Below, one piece after another: positions 26,813-35,910 of a stretch of 63,998 nt of DNA. Within the stretch, counting starts at the first letter, position 1, and every line of letters starts with the position of its first letter. The notes beneath the pieces are model-generated. The model was not told the DNA's origin. It was given only the letters and a program-made list of their open reading frames with translations, and did not search any database. The stretch lies in NCBI GenBank assembly GCA_964348825.1, contig CAYGDX010000005.1:1-63998 (forward strand). Direction: 5' to 3'. Source of the stretch: an uncultured Gammaproteobacteria bacterium (GTDB taxonomy: Bacteria; Patescibacteriota; Patescibacteriia; Veblenbacterales; UBA10138). The position numbers and the translations under genes were made by a program.

Positions 26813-26841
26813 ATTATGAAGGTATGGAGTTATAGAGTCAA
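26813..26841 (-). promoter_or_regulatory. Sigma-A-type promoter for the minus-strand block
   Basis: On the minus strand, TTGACT, 17-nt spacer, CATAAT, about 20 nt before the SD AAAGGAG. Confidence 0.5.
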
Positions 26842-26985
26842 TCTTTAATCTACCTGCACGAACGGAACTAGGCAAGGATAGTAAAAGTTGGGCGGCAGAG
26901 AGATGATATTTGGGGTTTGAGCTTAGTGTTAATTGATCTAGGGTTAGTATTGGATTTGTTAATGGTGGGCTTAGGTGGTGGTTAG

Positions 26986-27141
26986 GTGATAGTTTTAATT
27001 GAACGCATTTGCAAGAATTGCTTCTTTCGTTACTGCAGAGATTTAGAAGATGATATCTGTTTTCAAGAGGGTGGATGCAAAGGGTTTTCGCCTATTGGGT
27101 TACGCCTGGAGGATTTAAACGATAAAGAAAATGGAAGGTGA
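26986..27141 (+). CDS. Possible small Cys-rich protein (51 aa)
   Basis: Hand translated. CKNC...C...C..C pattern. GTG start after AGGTGGTGG. Confidence 0.3.
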   Translation: MIVLIERICKNCFFRYCRDLEDDICFQEGGCKGFSPIGLRLEDLNDKENGR

Positions 27142-27145
27142 TAGT

Positions 27146-27190
27146 ATGGCTGCTGCAATAGGGAATACATATGCAGTCTTAAATAGATAG
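27146..27190 (+). CDS. Possible 14-codon leader ORF
   Basis: MAAAIGNTYAVLNR after GGAAGGTGA SD; lies just before a terminator. Confidence 0.25.
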   Translation: MAAAIGNTYAVLNR

Positions 27191-27218
27191 TTTTCCTGCC
27201 ATAAGCAAGCAGGATTTA

Positions 27219-27258
27219 AGGGGTTAACCTTCTCCTATGGGTTAGCCTCTTTTTGTTG
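27219..27258 (+). terminator. Intrinsic terminator upstream of the late operon
   Basis: 11-bp stem AGGGGTTAACC / GGTTAGCCTCT (with G-U pairs) followed by TTTTGTTGTT. Confidence 0.6.
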
Positions 27259-27299
27259 TTCGCTAGTAGGAGAAAAGATAGTAGGAGGATGATTAAGTT

Positions 27300-27836
27300 A
27301 TGGGTAAAAGTTCAGAAGTTAGACCGGCAGAAGGAATGAAGAGGTGCAGTAAGTGTCGCGTAGTAAAGGAAGCGACAACAGAATTCTTTGGCAACTGTAA
27401 GGAAACTAAGGACAATCTAGCTTATTATTGTAAAGAGTGTGTAGCCAAGTCGAACAAAGATAAATACACATCGGGCAGAATTAAGGCTATTGAAAAGCAA
27501 AAGATATATAATTCACATCATTTAGCTGATATTCATAGGTGCAGAGTTCAGCCAGGTGCACCAGATACATTAACGGATGAAGAATGGCAGGAATCACTCG
27601 TTTATTTTAATGGGCTTGATGCTTATACCGGAGAGGAAATAAAAAACCTCTCTATTGATCACATAATTCCCCTTAAACAAGGTGGAGGGAATGAACGATG
27701 TAACGTTCTTCCTTGTGATAAAGGCATTAACAGTAGGAAGTTTAGAAGCGAAATGGAAACATGGTATAGAAATCAAACGTTCTTCTCTGAGGAACGGTTA
27801 TTAAAGATAAAAGAATGGATTAACAGGAGGGGTTAA
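27300..27836 (+). CDS. HNH endonuclease (terminase-associated)
   Basis: LSIDHIIPLKQGGGNERCNVLPCDKGINSRK HNH core, N-terminal zinc fingers, directly upstream of terS. Confidence 0.85.
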   Translation: MGKSSEVRPAEGMKRCSKCRVVKEATTEFFGNCKETKDNLAYYCKECVAKSNKDKYTSGRIKAIEKQKIYNSHHLADIHRCRVQPGAPDTLTDEEWQESLVYFNGLDAYTGEEIKNLSIDHIIPLKQGGGNERCNVLPCDKGINSRKFRSEMETWYRNQTFFSEERLLKIKEWINRRG

Positions 27837-27837
27837 G

Positions 27838-28452
27838 ATGGCGAACAAGCTAACGATTAAACAGGAAAAGTATGTGCAGGGTTTATTTGCTGGATTAACC
27901 CAAAGGGAAGCGTATAAACAATCATATGACTGTGAAAACATGACAGATAAGAGCATTGATGAGTTAGCTTGCAGGGCTGCTGCTGATATCAAGTTAATGT
28001 CAAGGCTTGAGGAATTGACCGATGAGCTTAAATACAGGAATATGGCAACGACTGAGAGGGTATTAACTGAGTATGCAAAGATTGCATTTGCTGATATAAA
28101 GGACTTTCTAGCGTTTAAGACAGAAAGGACTGTCATTGATCACGACGATGAAGGACGGCCTATTTATGACTATAAGCAGGTAGTTGATGCGAAACCTTCT
28201 GAGGAAATCGACGGAACGATGGTCAATGAAGTCTCTATTAGTAGAGATGGAACATTTAAGTTTAAGCTACATGATAAAAAGGCAGCTCTTGATATGATCG
28301 GCAAGCATTTAGGTATGTTTACTGAGAAAGTAGAACTTACTGGGGCTAATGGTGGGCCCGTTGAGCTTTCTAACGTCACAGCATTAAGCGATGCCGACTT
28401 AAAGAGAGTCATTGATATAATGGAGAATGGAGAGAAGTTATTGACCGAATAG
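27838..28452 (+). CDS. terS: Terminase small subunit
   Basis: LTIKQEKYVQGLFAGLTQREAYKQSY and KKAALDMIGKHLGMF typical of the Terminase_2 family. Confidence 0.85.
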   Translation: MANKLTIKQEKYVQGLFAGLTQREAYKQSYDCENMTDKSIDELACRAAADIKLMSRLEELTDELKYRNMATTERVLTEYAKIAFADIKDFLAFKTERTVIDHDDEGRPIYDYKQVVDAKPSEEIDGTMVNEVSISRDGTFKFKLHDKKAALDMIGKHLGMFTEKVELTGANGGPVELSNVTALSDADLKRVIDIMENGEKLLTE

Positions 28453-28692
28453 GGTATCTAAGTGAGAATGAGAATGAGAATTTTCGAAAATCAACATTTA
28501 ACAAAGTTTATTCAGCCTCATTAACCCGGCCATTCATCCAGGTATTCGGCATCAATGCTGATCAATATTGCAGTAGCTCGGGTGTCATTGCTGCTACTCT
28601 CCTGCTCTTTGGCTTGCTCTAGCTTCCTTCTCTGGCTGTAGCTCCTTGGCTTGTCTCTTGACTTGTTGATCTGAGGTTAGGATGAGATTTGA

Positions 28693-28710
28693 CCCCCCCA
28701 GCACCCAAAC
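28693..28710 (+). repeat. C-rich motif, copy 1
   Basis: CCCCCCCAGCACCCAAAC. Confidence 0.7.
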
Positions 28711-28792
28711 TGTGAGCGAGGGTAAAGGGGTTGTCTGTATGTATATCTCCCTAACTAACTACAGCTATTCCACATAAGGGGGAATGATAAAG

Positions 28793-28993
28793 ATGCTGAA
28801 CTTATCTAATCAAGAAATCAACTTAATCAGACAATGGTACAATTCCGTAAAAGATACGAGTCCTCAATTCCTTGAAGAAGAGGATGCTCAGTTAATGACT
28901 AAGATATTAAAGAGTTATGAAGTAACTATAACTGTCAATGAGTATGACAAACTCCTAGAATATAAATCCATGTACGAAGGATTGTGTAAGTAA
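28793..28993 (+). CDS. Hypothetical protein
   Basis: ORF 28784..28993. Second ATG has AAGGGGG SD at proper spacing. Confidence 0.5.
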   Translation: MLNLSNQEINLIRQWYNSVKDTSPQFLEEEDAQLMTKILKSYEVTITVNEYDKLLEYKSMYEGLCK

Positions 28994-28994
28994 A

Positions 28995-29020
28995 ATTAGC
29001 CTCCCCCTACACCCAAAAAC
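28995..29020 (+). repeat. C-rich motif, copy 2
   Basis: ATTAGCCTCCCCCTACACCCAAAAAC immediately after a stop codon. Confidence 0.7.
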
Positions 29021-29220
29021 AACACTAGGTACTTAAATAAAACTGACCACCTTTTATATATTATGAGGTAGTTTTTTGGTGTGCGTAATTAGGACCAAAA
29101 AGAATTACTATTAGTGTGACGGTAAAATTACCAAAAAATAATGGCTGAAACCGTTGCTAGAGTAAGAGTGTAGCGATTTTTTTAACTTTTCAAATTTGAC
29201 AGGGTTAGGAGGTGGTAAAA

Positions 29221-29799
29221 GTGGATGAAAAAGCGGCTAAATATTTTCAAAGAGATGTCAATGCAGCGATTATGCCCGCTATGTTTGGTAGAGAAAAACT
29301 TGGTTCGGGAAGGGAACACATAACCATAACCGACCCCGAAACAAACAATGTCCTTTACAATTTCTTTAACAAATATCATCCTCCAAAACCACCTAAGATT
29401 GTAGATGACGATAGTTTAGTAGTCGAACCGGAAATAAAACCTAAGCCCAAAAGTTCTGGAAATAAACTCACATATGCGAAGTTGTATATTAGTGAGATTC
29501 ATAAATTCCCAAAGAGTAAATTGAGTTATGAACACGCAGGAATGTGTATGCACTTAGCACCTTATATTGAGTGGCACGATGGGACTTTAGTTATTGGGAG
29601 TGGGAAACGAAGAAAGTTCATGGAACGCAGGGATATTGCGAAGGCATTAAAGATTAGCGATTCGACAGCTAGGCGACTTATATCTAAGTTGGAGGAATCG
29701 AAGTTGATTTCCCATGATGGTAAAAAGTATCGGATGATTGGAAAATTATTTGGCAAAGGGAGGGAAATAGAATGCGAATCAAGTTTGAAAAAGGAATGA
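29221..29799 (+). CDS. Winged-helix DNA-binding protein
   Basis: C-terminal RRDIAKALKISDSTARRLISKLEESKLISHDGKKYRMIG (MarR/wHTH-like). GTG 29221 is 8 nt after AGGAGG. Confidence 0.55.
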   Translation: MDEKAAKYFQRDVNAAIMPAMFGREKLGSGREHITITDPETNNVLYNFFNKYHPPKPPKIVDDDSLVVEPEIKPKPKSSGNKLTYAKLYISEIHKFPKSKLSYEHAGMCMHLAPYIEWHDGTLVIGSGKRRKFMERRDIAKALKISDSTARRLISKLEESKLISHDGKKYRMIGKLFGKGREIECESSLKKE

Positions 29800-30023
29800 C
29801 TCCGGAACGCATTGCTCAAGCCTTTGTTGATTTTGTTCGTAAAAACAATTTGGTTATTGGTTCTGTTAATATTTACGTCCAGACTTATGACGAGAACATG
29901 AAGGCTGAGAAAAACAACAGCGATACATATACGCTGTGTGAGCCATCGGAAAAGCTCAAGACTGAGTATACAGAAGATGTTGCGTTGATTCGGCGTGGAA
30001 GGTTGAGGGCTGTAAATGAATGA
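29772..30023 (+). CDS. Hypothetical protein
   Basis: 83-aa ORF overlapping both neighbours. Confidence 0.45.
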   Translation: MRIKFEKGMTPERIAQAFVDFVRKNNLVIGSVNIYVQTYDENMKAEKNNSDTYTLCEPSEKLKTEYTEDVALIRRGRLRAVNE

Positions 30024-30405
30024 ACCTATTCTAACCAAACGTGAACCTCGTGGGGATGATTATCAACCTATGACGTGGGAAATCTTTTTAAAACTAAGAG
30101 ACTACGCAAAACACATAGCAGATAAAACGGGTTACAAAGTGTATTTAGTTGGTTCTGTTTTAGAAAAGGAAATCCCTCGCGATATTGATATTTCAGTGAT
30201 TATTCCCTTTAAAGAGTATGAGCGATTATATGGTAAATGGCCTGATGGCACTAAAGAACGTAATGAATACATGGCTCAAACATGGGAAAATAATGTTGAG
30301 TATTATTTCGGAATACTTGAAGCGGTGGATAATAAAGTTTATGTCGATTTGAAATTCTGCCCTGATACTTGGTGGCATGAAAAACCTAAGTTGCTATTAG
30401 CCTAA
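30016..30405 (+). CDS. Minimal Pol-beta-superfamily nucleotidyltransferase
   Basis: VYLVGSVLEKEIPRDIDISV fits GSx(9-11)DxD. Confidence 0.65.
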   Translation: MNEPILTKREPRGDDYQPMTWEIFLKLRDYAKHIADKTGYKVYLVGSVLEKEIPRDIDISVIIPFKEYERLYGKWPDGTKERNEYMAQTWENNVEYYFGILEAVDNKVYVDLKFCPDTWWHEKPKLLLA

Positions 30406-30430
30406 TGCCTAACCCCTCCCCCTAGGCACA
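30396..30430 (+). repeat. C-rich motif, copy 3 (with 12-nt insertion)
   Basis: ATTAGCCTaatgcctaacccCTCCCCCTAGGCACA, followed by the G-rich complement GGCGGGGGCTGG. Confidence 0.65.
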
Positions 30431-30632
30431 TGGCGGGGGCTGGCGGCGGTGTAGCGGTGATTTAAATATGCAGGAAAACTTAATCGTTTTCCCTCTAACC
30501 CCTTCTTTAATTTCAAATCCCTCGATTTTACCCACCTTAAAACTTGTCTACCGTTATGGATAGGCAATATTCAAGTGAACCAATTGTCAAACGTATTAAT
30601 TAACGTTTAAGACGAACTTAGGAGGAAGAGAA

Positions 30633-30851
30633 ATGAACTGCGAAAACTGTAATAATAAAACCATATGCAAGTTTACGGACGATTTTAAAGAAGCCAATGC
30701 AATGGGAGACAAAATATTTCAAACATTCCACGCAGCACCTTTTACCGTATCAATAAAATGTCAAATGCACAAATGTGACGTAAAACCAAAAGACAGTAAT
30801 TTTCTTCAACAAATGCAAACCCGACCATCAATTTGTTATCAACCTAGATAG
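30633..30851 (+). CDS. Cys-rich small protein
   Basis: CENCNNKTIC...; AGGAGGAAGAG SD. Confidence 0.5.
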   Translation: MNCENCNNKTICKFTDDFKEANAMGDKIFQTFHAAPFTVSIKCQMHKCDVKPKDSNFLQQMQTRPSICYQPR

Positions 30852-30863
30852 GAGGACAACCTT

Positions 30864-31031
30864 ATGTCCCAATCAGAAAATCGAAGTTGCCCCGAATTCT
30901 TAAACATAGAACCCGGACTCATTTGTAATTGCCCGAACTGTAAACGATGGCTTGCTTCAAAACATAAATGCCGAGAAGAGATTTGGGTTAAGGAATGGGT
31001 GAGTTATTTATTGGAGGGATCCTTGTGGTAA
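30864..31031 (+). CDS. Cys-rich small protein (55 aa)
   Basis: Hand translated; CPEF..CNCPNC..C; GGAGGA SD. Confidence 0.4.
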   Translation: MSQSENRSCPEFLNIEPGLICNCPNCKRWLASKHKCREEIWVKEWVSYLLEGSLW

Positions 31032-32851
31032 AGGCGAAAGTCGAAACTAAAAAAGATCCTCCAACACCTAAGCCAAAGATTAAAGCTAGTGATTTGCCGA
31101 GCTTGGAAGCTGTTAAGCAGGAATTAGCAAGGCGTGATGATGAATATTTCTGCAAGTATTACATTAAAATTGTTGACAAAAAGGGGAATCAAGTTCCCTT
31201 CACATATAACTCTATTCAAAAACAAATTGACGATAAGATAAAAGAACTTGATTCAAAAGGTATCCCTGCACGAATCATTGTACTGAAGGCAAGGCAGGAA
31301 GGAGTATCGACTTATACCCAAGCAAAAATACTTTGTCACATAGCAAAGAATAAGAACAGAAACGCTCTTGTGGTAGCCCATCGGGACGATTCAACGTCCT
31401 CTATCTTTGAAAAAGCAAAGTATATGTACCGATACTTACCGGACCATATCAAGCCATTGCAGCAAGCCTCAAATGCAAGAGAACTTATTTTTGATAAACC
31501 ACCTCATTATAAGGGTAAAGCGGAAGGACTTAACTCTAAGATTAAGGTCCAGACGGCAGGAAGTGATAGCATTGGACGTTCTGATACCTATTTTCTCGTT
31601 CATCTTTCTGAGTTTGCTTTCTATTCGGGTGAACCTAAGAAAACATTAGCAGGGATACTTCAATCAGTTCCCAATATCCCTGGAACAATAGTTTTAATCG
31701 AATCAACTGCTAATGGCATGAATGACTTTATGGAACTTTGGGATATGGCTGAAGCCGGGGAAAATGATTTCATACCCATGTTCTTTGCATGGCATGACTA
31801 TATCGAGTACCAAATGCCGGTCGAGAATGAAGATGAACGAATTCAGATTATGTCAAACCTCAACGAGTACGAGACTAAGATAGTCGGCCTTTATAACCTT
31901 TCGGCAGAACAAATTAAATGGTATCGCTGGAAGCTAAAGAATGACTGTAGTAATGATACTGACTTAATGAAACAGGAAAATCCCTCATACCCAAAAGAAG
32001 CTTTCCTTTCCACAGGTAGACCTGTCTTTGCAAACGAAACCGTAGAGATGAGAATTGAAGAACTTAAAAAGTTATACAAGGAACACCCTCCGAAAGTAGG
32101 GCGTTTTTCTTTTGAGTGGGTCGATCCCGAAACTCAAGACAAAATCAAAGAGGGTTCAATTCATTGGGTTGATGATCCAAAAGGATTCATTACCATCTAT
32201 GAGGATGTCAAAAAGGATTTCCCTTATGTAATCGGCGGGGACACAAAAGGGGAGGGTGGAGATTATTACGCCGCCTCAGCAATCAATAACATAACCGGAA
32301 AACGTGTGGCCACAATGCATATGCAATCCTCCAACTCTAAACCGTACACATACCAAATGTATTGTCTCGGAATGTATTTCAATATAGCACTTATCGGTAT
32401 TGAAATGAACTTCAATACTGCACCTCTCGAAGAACTTGAACGGCTAAAATATCCGAGCCAATATATGCGTCAGTCTTACGACAAAATCAACAAAGAGATT
32501 CAGAAAAAGTTTGGCTGGAAAACAGACGGCAACACAAGGCCGTTGATTATTGACAAGGAAATTGATCTTATTGAAAACAACATCGAGCTTTTCAGTGATG
32601 TCACAATGTTAGGCGAGTGCTTAACCTTTGTATACGACAAGAACAATAGACCGGATGCTCAAAGTGGCAAACATGACGATGTTCTGATGAGTGATATGAT
32701 TGCCAATGAGATAAGGCCACAGCAGAGAATGAGTGTGCAGGAAACCAAAACGCATGACCTTAGTAAACTTCCAGAAGATATTCTGGAGGATTTGGACAAT
32801 GCTCGAAGTGCCGAGGAAAGAGCTTATATACTCAAGAAGATTGGGAGGTAA
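31025..32851 (+). CDS. terL: Terminase large subunit
   Basis: VLKARQEGVSTY ATPase motif, LVHLSEFAF Walker B-like, C-terminal nuclease HDDVLMSDMIA. GTG 31025 is 6 nt after GGAGGG (ORF opens at 30995). Confidence 0.9.
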   Translation: MVKAKVETKKDPPTPKPKIKASDLPSLEAVKQELARRDDEYFCKYYIKIVDKKGNQVPFTYNSIQKQIDDKIKELDSKGIPARIIVLKARQEGVSTYTQAKILCHIAKNKNRNALVVAHRDDSTSSIFEKAKYMYRYLPDHIKPLQQASNARELIFDKPPHYKGKAEGLNSKIKVQTAGSDSIGRSDTYFLVHLSEFAFYSGEPKKTLAGILQSVPNIPGTIVLIESTANGMNDFMELWDMAEAGENDFIPMFFAWHDYIEYQMPVENEDERIQIMSNLNEYETKIVGLYNLSAEQIKWYRWKLKNDCSNDTDLMKQENPSYPKEAFLSTGRPVFANETVEMRIEELKKLYKEHPPKVGRFSFEWVDPETQDKIKEGSIHWVDDPKGFITIYEDVKKDFPYVIGGDTKGEGGDYYAASAINNITGKRVATMHMQSSNSKPYTYQMYCLGMYFNIALIGIEMNFNTAPLEELERLKYPSQYMRQSYDKINKEIQKKFGWKTDGNTRPLIIDKEIDLIENNIELFSDVTMLGECLTFVYDKNNRPDAQSGKHDDVLMSDMIANEIRPQQRMSVQETKTHDLSKLPEDILEDLDNARSAEERAYILKKIGR

Positions 32852-32855
32852 AAAC

Positions 32856-33122
32856 ATGGAGCGATACCGCGAAGGAAGATGGGCGTTCTGGCATGAGACA
32901 GGCGAAATAATCCACATCAAAGGACACTACAGGCAAGAGGGTACTCCAATAGATAGGGATCAATTCGATGTAATAATCCCTGCCGAATATCACCATGAGC
33001 TAATTGATTTTATGGATAAACAAAACATGATTAAGCCAAAAATGGATGACCAAAGCAGGTCGGAAGATTTGAAAATAGTTCATCGTCTCCTAGATATTAC
33101 TGAGAAAATTGCAGGGAAGTAA
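32856..33122 (+). CDS. Hypothetical protein
   Basis: ATG after GGAGG, 88 aa. Confidence 0.5.
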   Translation: MERYREGRWAFWHETGEIIHIKGHYRQEGTPIDRDQFDVIIPAEYHHELIDFMDKQNMIKPKMDDQSRSEDLKIVHRLLDITEKIAGK

Positions 33123-33145
33123 TTTGAGATAAAAGGAGAAAACCA

Positions 33146-33313
33146 ATGACAGAGTTTCGATGCACTAAATGCAATAAACTATTGGCTAAAATCGAAGGCG
33201 ATGTACCGACACTCAAAGGTTCTGTAAACATTACTATTAAATGCCCTCATAACTACCGTGATGGAAACGGAAAAAATGTACAGTGTAAAACATTCAATTC
33301 TATTGTGATTTAA
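33146..33313 (+). CDS. Mu Com-like zinc-finger protein (55 aa)
   Basis: Hand-translated MTEFRCTKCNKLLAKIEG...IKCPH parallels Mu Com IRCKNCNKLLFKADS...IRCPRC. Confidence 0.65.
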   Translation: MTEFRCTKCNKLLAKIEGDVPTLKGSVNITIKCPHNYRDGNGKNVQCKTFNSIVI

Positions 33314-33336
33314 GAGAAACCCTAAGGAGGTTCGAA

Positions 33337-33513
33337 ATGGATTATAACCAAAAAGCAAGATACAAGAATCATGCAGTAGATAAAGGCATTTGCGGTACTT
33401 GCAAAAAATATACAGATGGTTGTCAAGCTTCCTGCGATGGAGAATATGGAAAGATGTTTGCAGTCGAAGAATGTTCACAATACAAGATAGATTATGCAAG
33501 AGTAGAAAGATGA
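33337..33513 (+). CDS. Cys-rich small protein (58 aa)
   Basis: Hand translated; CGTC...C..C; AAGGAGG SD. Confidence 0.45.
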   Translation: MDYNQKARYKNHAVDKGICGTCKKYTDGCQASCDGEYGKMFAVEECSQYKIDYARVER

Positions 33514-33529
33514 AACCCAAGGAGGTTCA

Positions 33530-33697
33530 ATGATGAATAATTCCAATGAAATATGTTCTGTCATGACTCGGGATAATTTTGATAAGGCAATTGATAAATT
33601 AAAGGACTGGATCAATAATCCGATGTACGACCCCGAACCCATCTATATGAATCAAGAAGATTCAGAAAAGCTAATTAAACTGTTTGAAACCAAATAA
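33530..33697 (+). CDS. Small hypothetical protein (55 aa)
   Basis: Hand translated; AAGGAGG SD nearly identical to that of the previous gene. Confidence 0.45.
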   Translation: MMNNSNEICSVMTRDNFDKAIDKLKDWINNPMYDPEPIYMNQEDSEKLIKLFETK

Positions 33698-33710
33698 CTA
33701 GAGGCTCACT

Positions 33711-33751
33711 GAAGCCCATCTCTCTTAACTGAGGGGTGGGCTTCTTTTTTA
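33711..33751 (+). terminator. Intrinsic terminator before the portal gene
   Basis: 10-bp stem GAAGCCCATC / GGTGGGCTTC followed by TTTTTT. Confidence 0.65.
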
Positions 33752-33768
33752 TTCCCCGAAAGGAAGTG

Positions 33769-35910
33769 ATGCAATTGCTTGACCAAATAAAAGATTTCGG
33801 TAAAAAGGTGGTGAGTAGGATCAAGAAAAAGGCATTGACTATGAAGGAAGAATCCGAGCAACAACTTCGCCTAAAGGAATGGCAGGATAAGTTAAGGGAA
33901 GCACAGACCAACGAAATGGACGTACTTCGTGATGAACGAGAGGCAATCTACCTCGGCACTTCAAAAGTCGATGGGAATATTAATCAACGCTCATCGAATG
34001 GAGTCAGAAAGCAAGCCAATAACGTAGTCAATTTAGTCCTTGAATTCATCGAGACAGGCGTAGACTCAACCATCCCACAACCATCTGTCAGAACAAAACT
34101 CCCAGGCTATGAAGCTCAAGCGATGATGATCGAGGATTCTTTAACTGCAGACATAACAGAGTTAGGCATGACAGCAATCAACGACATAAACGAACGCATA
34201 ACGCCGGTGCAAGGCTACTCCGCAATGTTGGTAGGCTGGAATCCAGACTTTAAGCACCATCTTTACCGTGGTGAATTGGAAATAGAATCAGTTCATCCTA
34301 AGCGAATAATTCCTCAACCTGGTGTCTTTTTTCTCCAATCAATGGACTACTTCTTTATTTTGTCATCAGTAACAAAAAACTACATCAAGAAGCGTTATGG
34401 CGTGGAGTTAGAAAACAGCGGTGAGCAATTCCCCAACATAAGCACTGTTATGAATACCACTCAACCGAATAACCCCGACATGGTGACTGAAATCGTTTGT
34501 TGGTATAAGAACGACGATGGCGAAGTCAGCAAGTTAACATGGTGTGATGAAGAAATATTAGAGGACCATTCCAATTACTTCGCTCGAAGAATCGACGGCA
34601 AGATTCAAAAGTTTGAAGAACTCGGAAGCGAAGTCACTCTTGCATCGGTTAACGGACAACCTGGCGAAGTTCTCCCCATCGGCACAAAGGTTCCCTACTT
34701 CACGCCAACTCGTTACCCTCTAGTCATACGCGAAAACATTCCTCTTAATTTCGCCTTTGGTGGTCAATCTGATGTTGATGTAATCCGCGACCAACAAGAC
34801 GCTTATAAAAAAGTAGTCTCGACTATCGAGGAAAAAATACTTCGTGGCTCTGTTGTGGTAACAGCTTTAGATGGGCATAGATTCAATCTTAGTAATGAGT
34901 TGTATGGAGTTATCCGAGGATCGCAAGCCGAACTAAACGCTTTAAGTGTAAAAAATCTTTCCGCAAATATCACTAATGACCTAGCCTTTGCCCAACAGCA
35001 ATACAAGGCCGCACAATCAACTCTTGGTATCACAAACTCATATCAAGGCAAAGCGGATTCAACCGCAGTATCGGGTATTGCTAAACAAATTCAAGTACAG
35101 CAAGCAAGTGGTCGATTGCGGTCTAAAGAAGCAAACAAATACGCAGCCTTTAAGCAGCTCTACGAAATCATGTTTGAGTTTAAGCTTGCCTTTTATGATG
35201 AGCTTCGACCGTTCGTAACCACAGATGAAAAAGGCACAGAGAATTACGGCGACTTTGACAAATACAAATTCCTTGTCAGAGATAAGGCGGGCGAACTCTA
35301 CTACAACACTGATTTCATATTCCAAGCAGACGCAGGGATGGGATTGCCGCGAGATAAGATGTGGCTATTCAATCAAGTGAATGAACAATTGAAGTATGGG
35401 GCTTACAATCCGACTCCTGCCGCCGTGACTTATTGGACCCAAATGACAGCTCAGAAATATCCTAACGCTAAGGTCGTTCTCGACAGCATCAATAAACAGA
35501 TAGAAGCACAGGCCAAAAAGCCCGATGTTTTGCCGAAAGCTACTATCACCTACAAAGACCTTATGCCCGATGCACAGTCTCAGTTATTAGAGAAAGTGGG
35601 TATTAAGTCACAAGGAGGACAGCCATTAGTGACGGCAGGACAGCAAGCCGCACAACCACAACCACAAGAAATGCCACAACAAGGCATGGAAGGGCAACCA
35701 CAGCCACAAGAAATGCCACAACAAGGCATGGAAGGGCAACCACAGCCACAGGAGCAAGAAGGTGGCATGAACCCACAGCAAGACGTTCAGCAAGTCATAG
35801 AAGAGGCGTTGGCGAATATGACAGATGAGGAAAAACAGGCATTTGCACAGTTACCCGATGAGAAGAAGGTTGAAATTATCCAACAATTATTAATGGAGGG
35901 TGAGCAATAA
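33769..35910 (+). CDS. Portal protein
   Basis: 713 aa, downstream of terL. Conserved-looking core. Q/P/E-rich repetitive C-terminus. ATG after AAAGGAAG. Confidence 0.75.
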   Translation: MQLLDQIKDFGKKVVSRIKKKALTMKEESEQQLRLKEWQDKLREAQTNEMDVLRDEREAIYLGTSKVDGNINQRSSNGVRKQANNVVNLVLEFIETGVDSTIPQPSVRTKLPGYEAQAMMIEDSLTADITELGMTAINDINERITPVQGYSAMLVGWNPDFKHHLYRGELEIESVHPKRIIPQPGVFFLQSMDYFFILSSVTKNYIKKRYGVELENSGEQFPNISTVMNTTQPNNPDMVTEIVCWYKNDDGEVSKLTWCDEEILEDHSNYFARRIDGKIQKFEELGSEVTLASVNGQPGEVLPIGTKVPYFTPTRYPLVIRENIPLNFAFGGQSDVDVIRDQQDAYKKVVSTIEEKILRGSVVVTALDGHRFNLSNELYGVIRGSQAELNALSVKNLSANITNDLAFAQQQYKAAQSTLGITNSYQGKADSTAVSGIAKQIQVQQASGRLRSKEANKYAAFKQLYEIMFEFKLAFYDELRPFVTTDEKGTENYGDFDKYKFLVRDKAGELYYNTDFIFQADAGMGLPRDKMWLFNQVNEQLKYGAYNPTPAAVTYWTQMTAQKYPNAKVVLDSINKQIEAQAKKPDVLPKATITYKDLMPDAQSQLLEKVGIKSQGGQPLVTAGQQAAQPQPQEMPQQGMEGQPQPQEMPQQGMEGQPQPQEQEGGMNPQQDVQQVIEEALANMTDEEKQAFAQLPDEKKVEIIQQLLMEGEQ
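35653..35750 (+). repeat. 42-bp tandem repeat (about 2.3 copies) in the portal 3' end
   Basis: CAACCACA(A/G)CCACAAGAAATGCCACAACAAGGCATGGAAGGG repeated; encodes QPQPQEMPQQGMEG. Confidence 0.9.

Noticed and set aside
28555-28641. 28-codon hydrophobic ORF (MLINIAVARVSLLLLSCSLACSSFLLWL) resembling a type I toxin
   Set aside because: It has no convincing Shine-Dalgarno sequence. The region is a pyrimidine-rich strand whose complement looks like a decayed gene, so the hydrophobic reading is probably a by-product of composition.
30016-30405. MNT-HEPN toxin-antitoxin pair
   Set aside because: The minimal nucleotidyltransferase has no neighbouring protein with an RxxxxH HEPN motif. The upstream 83-aa protein lacks it.
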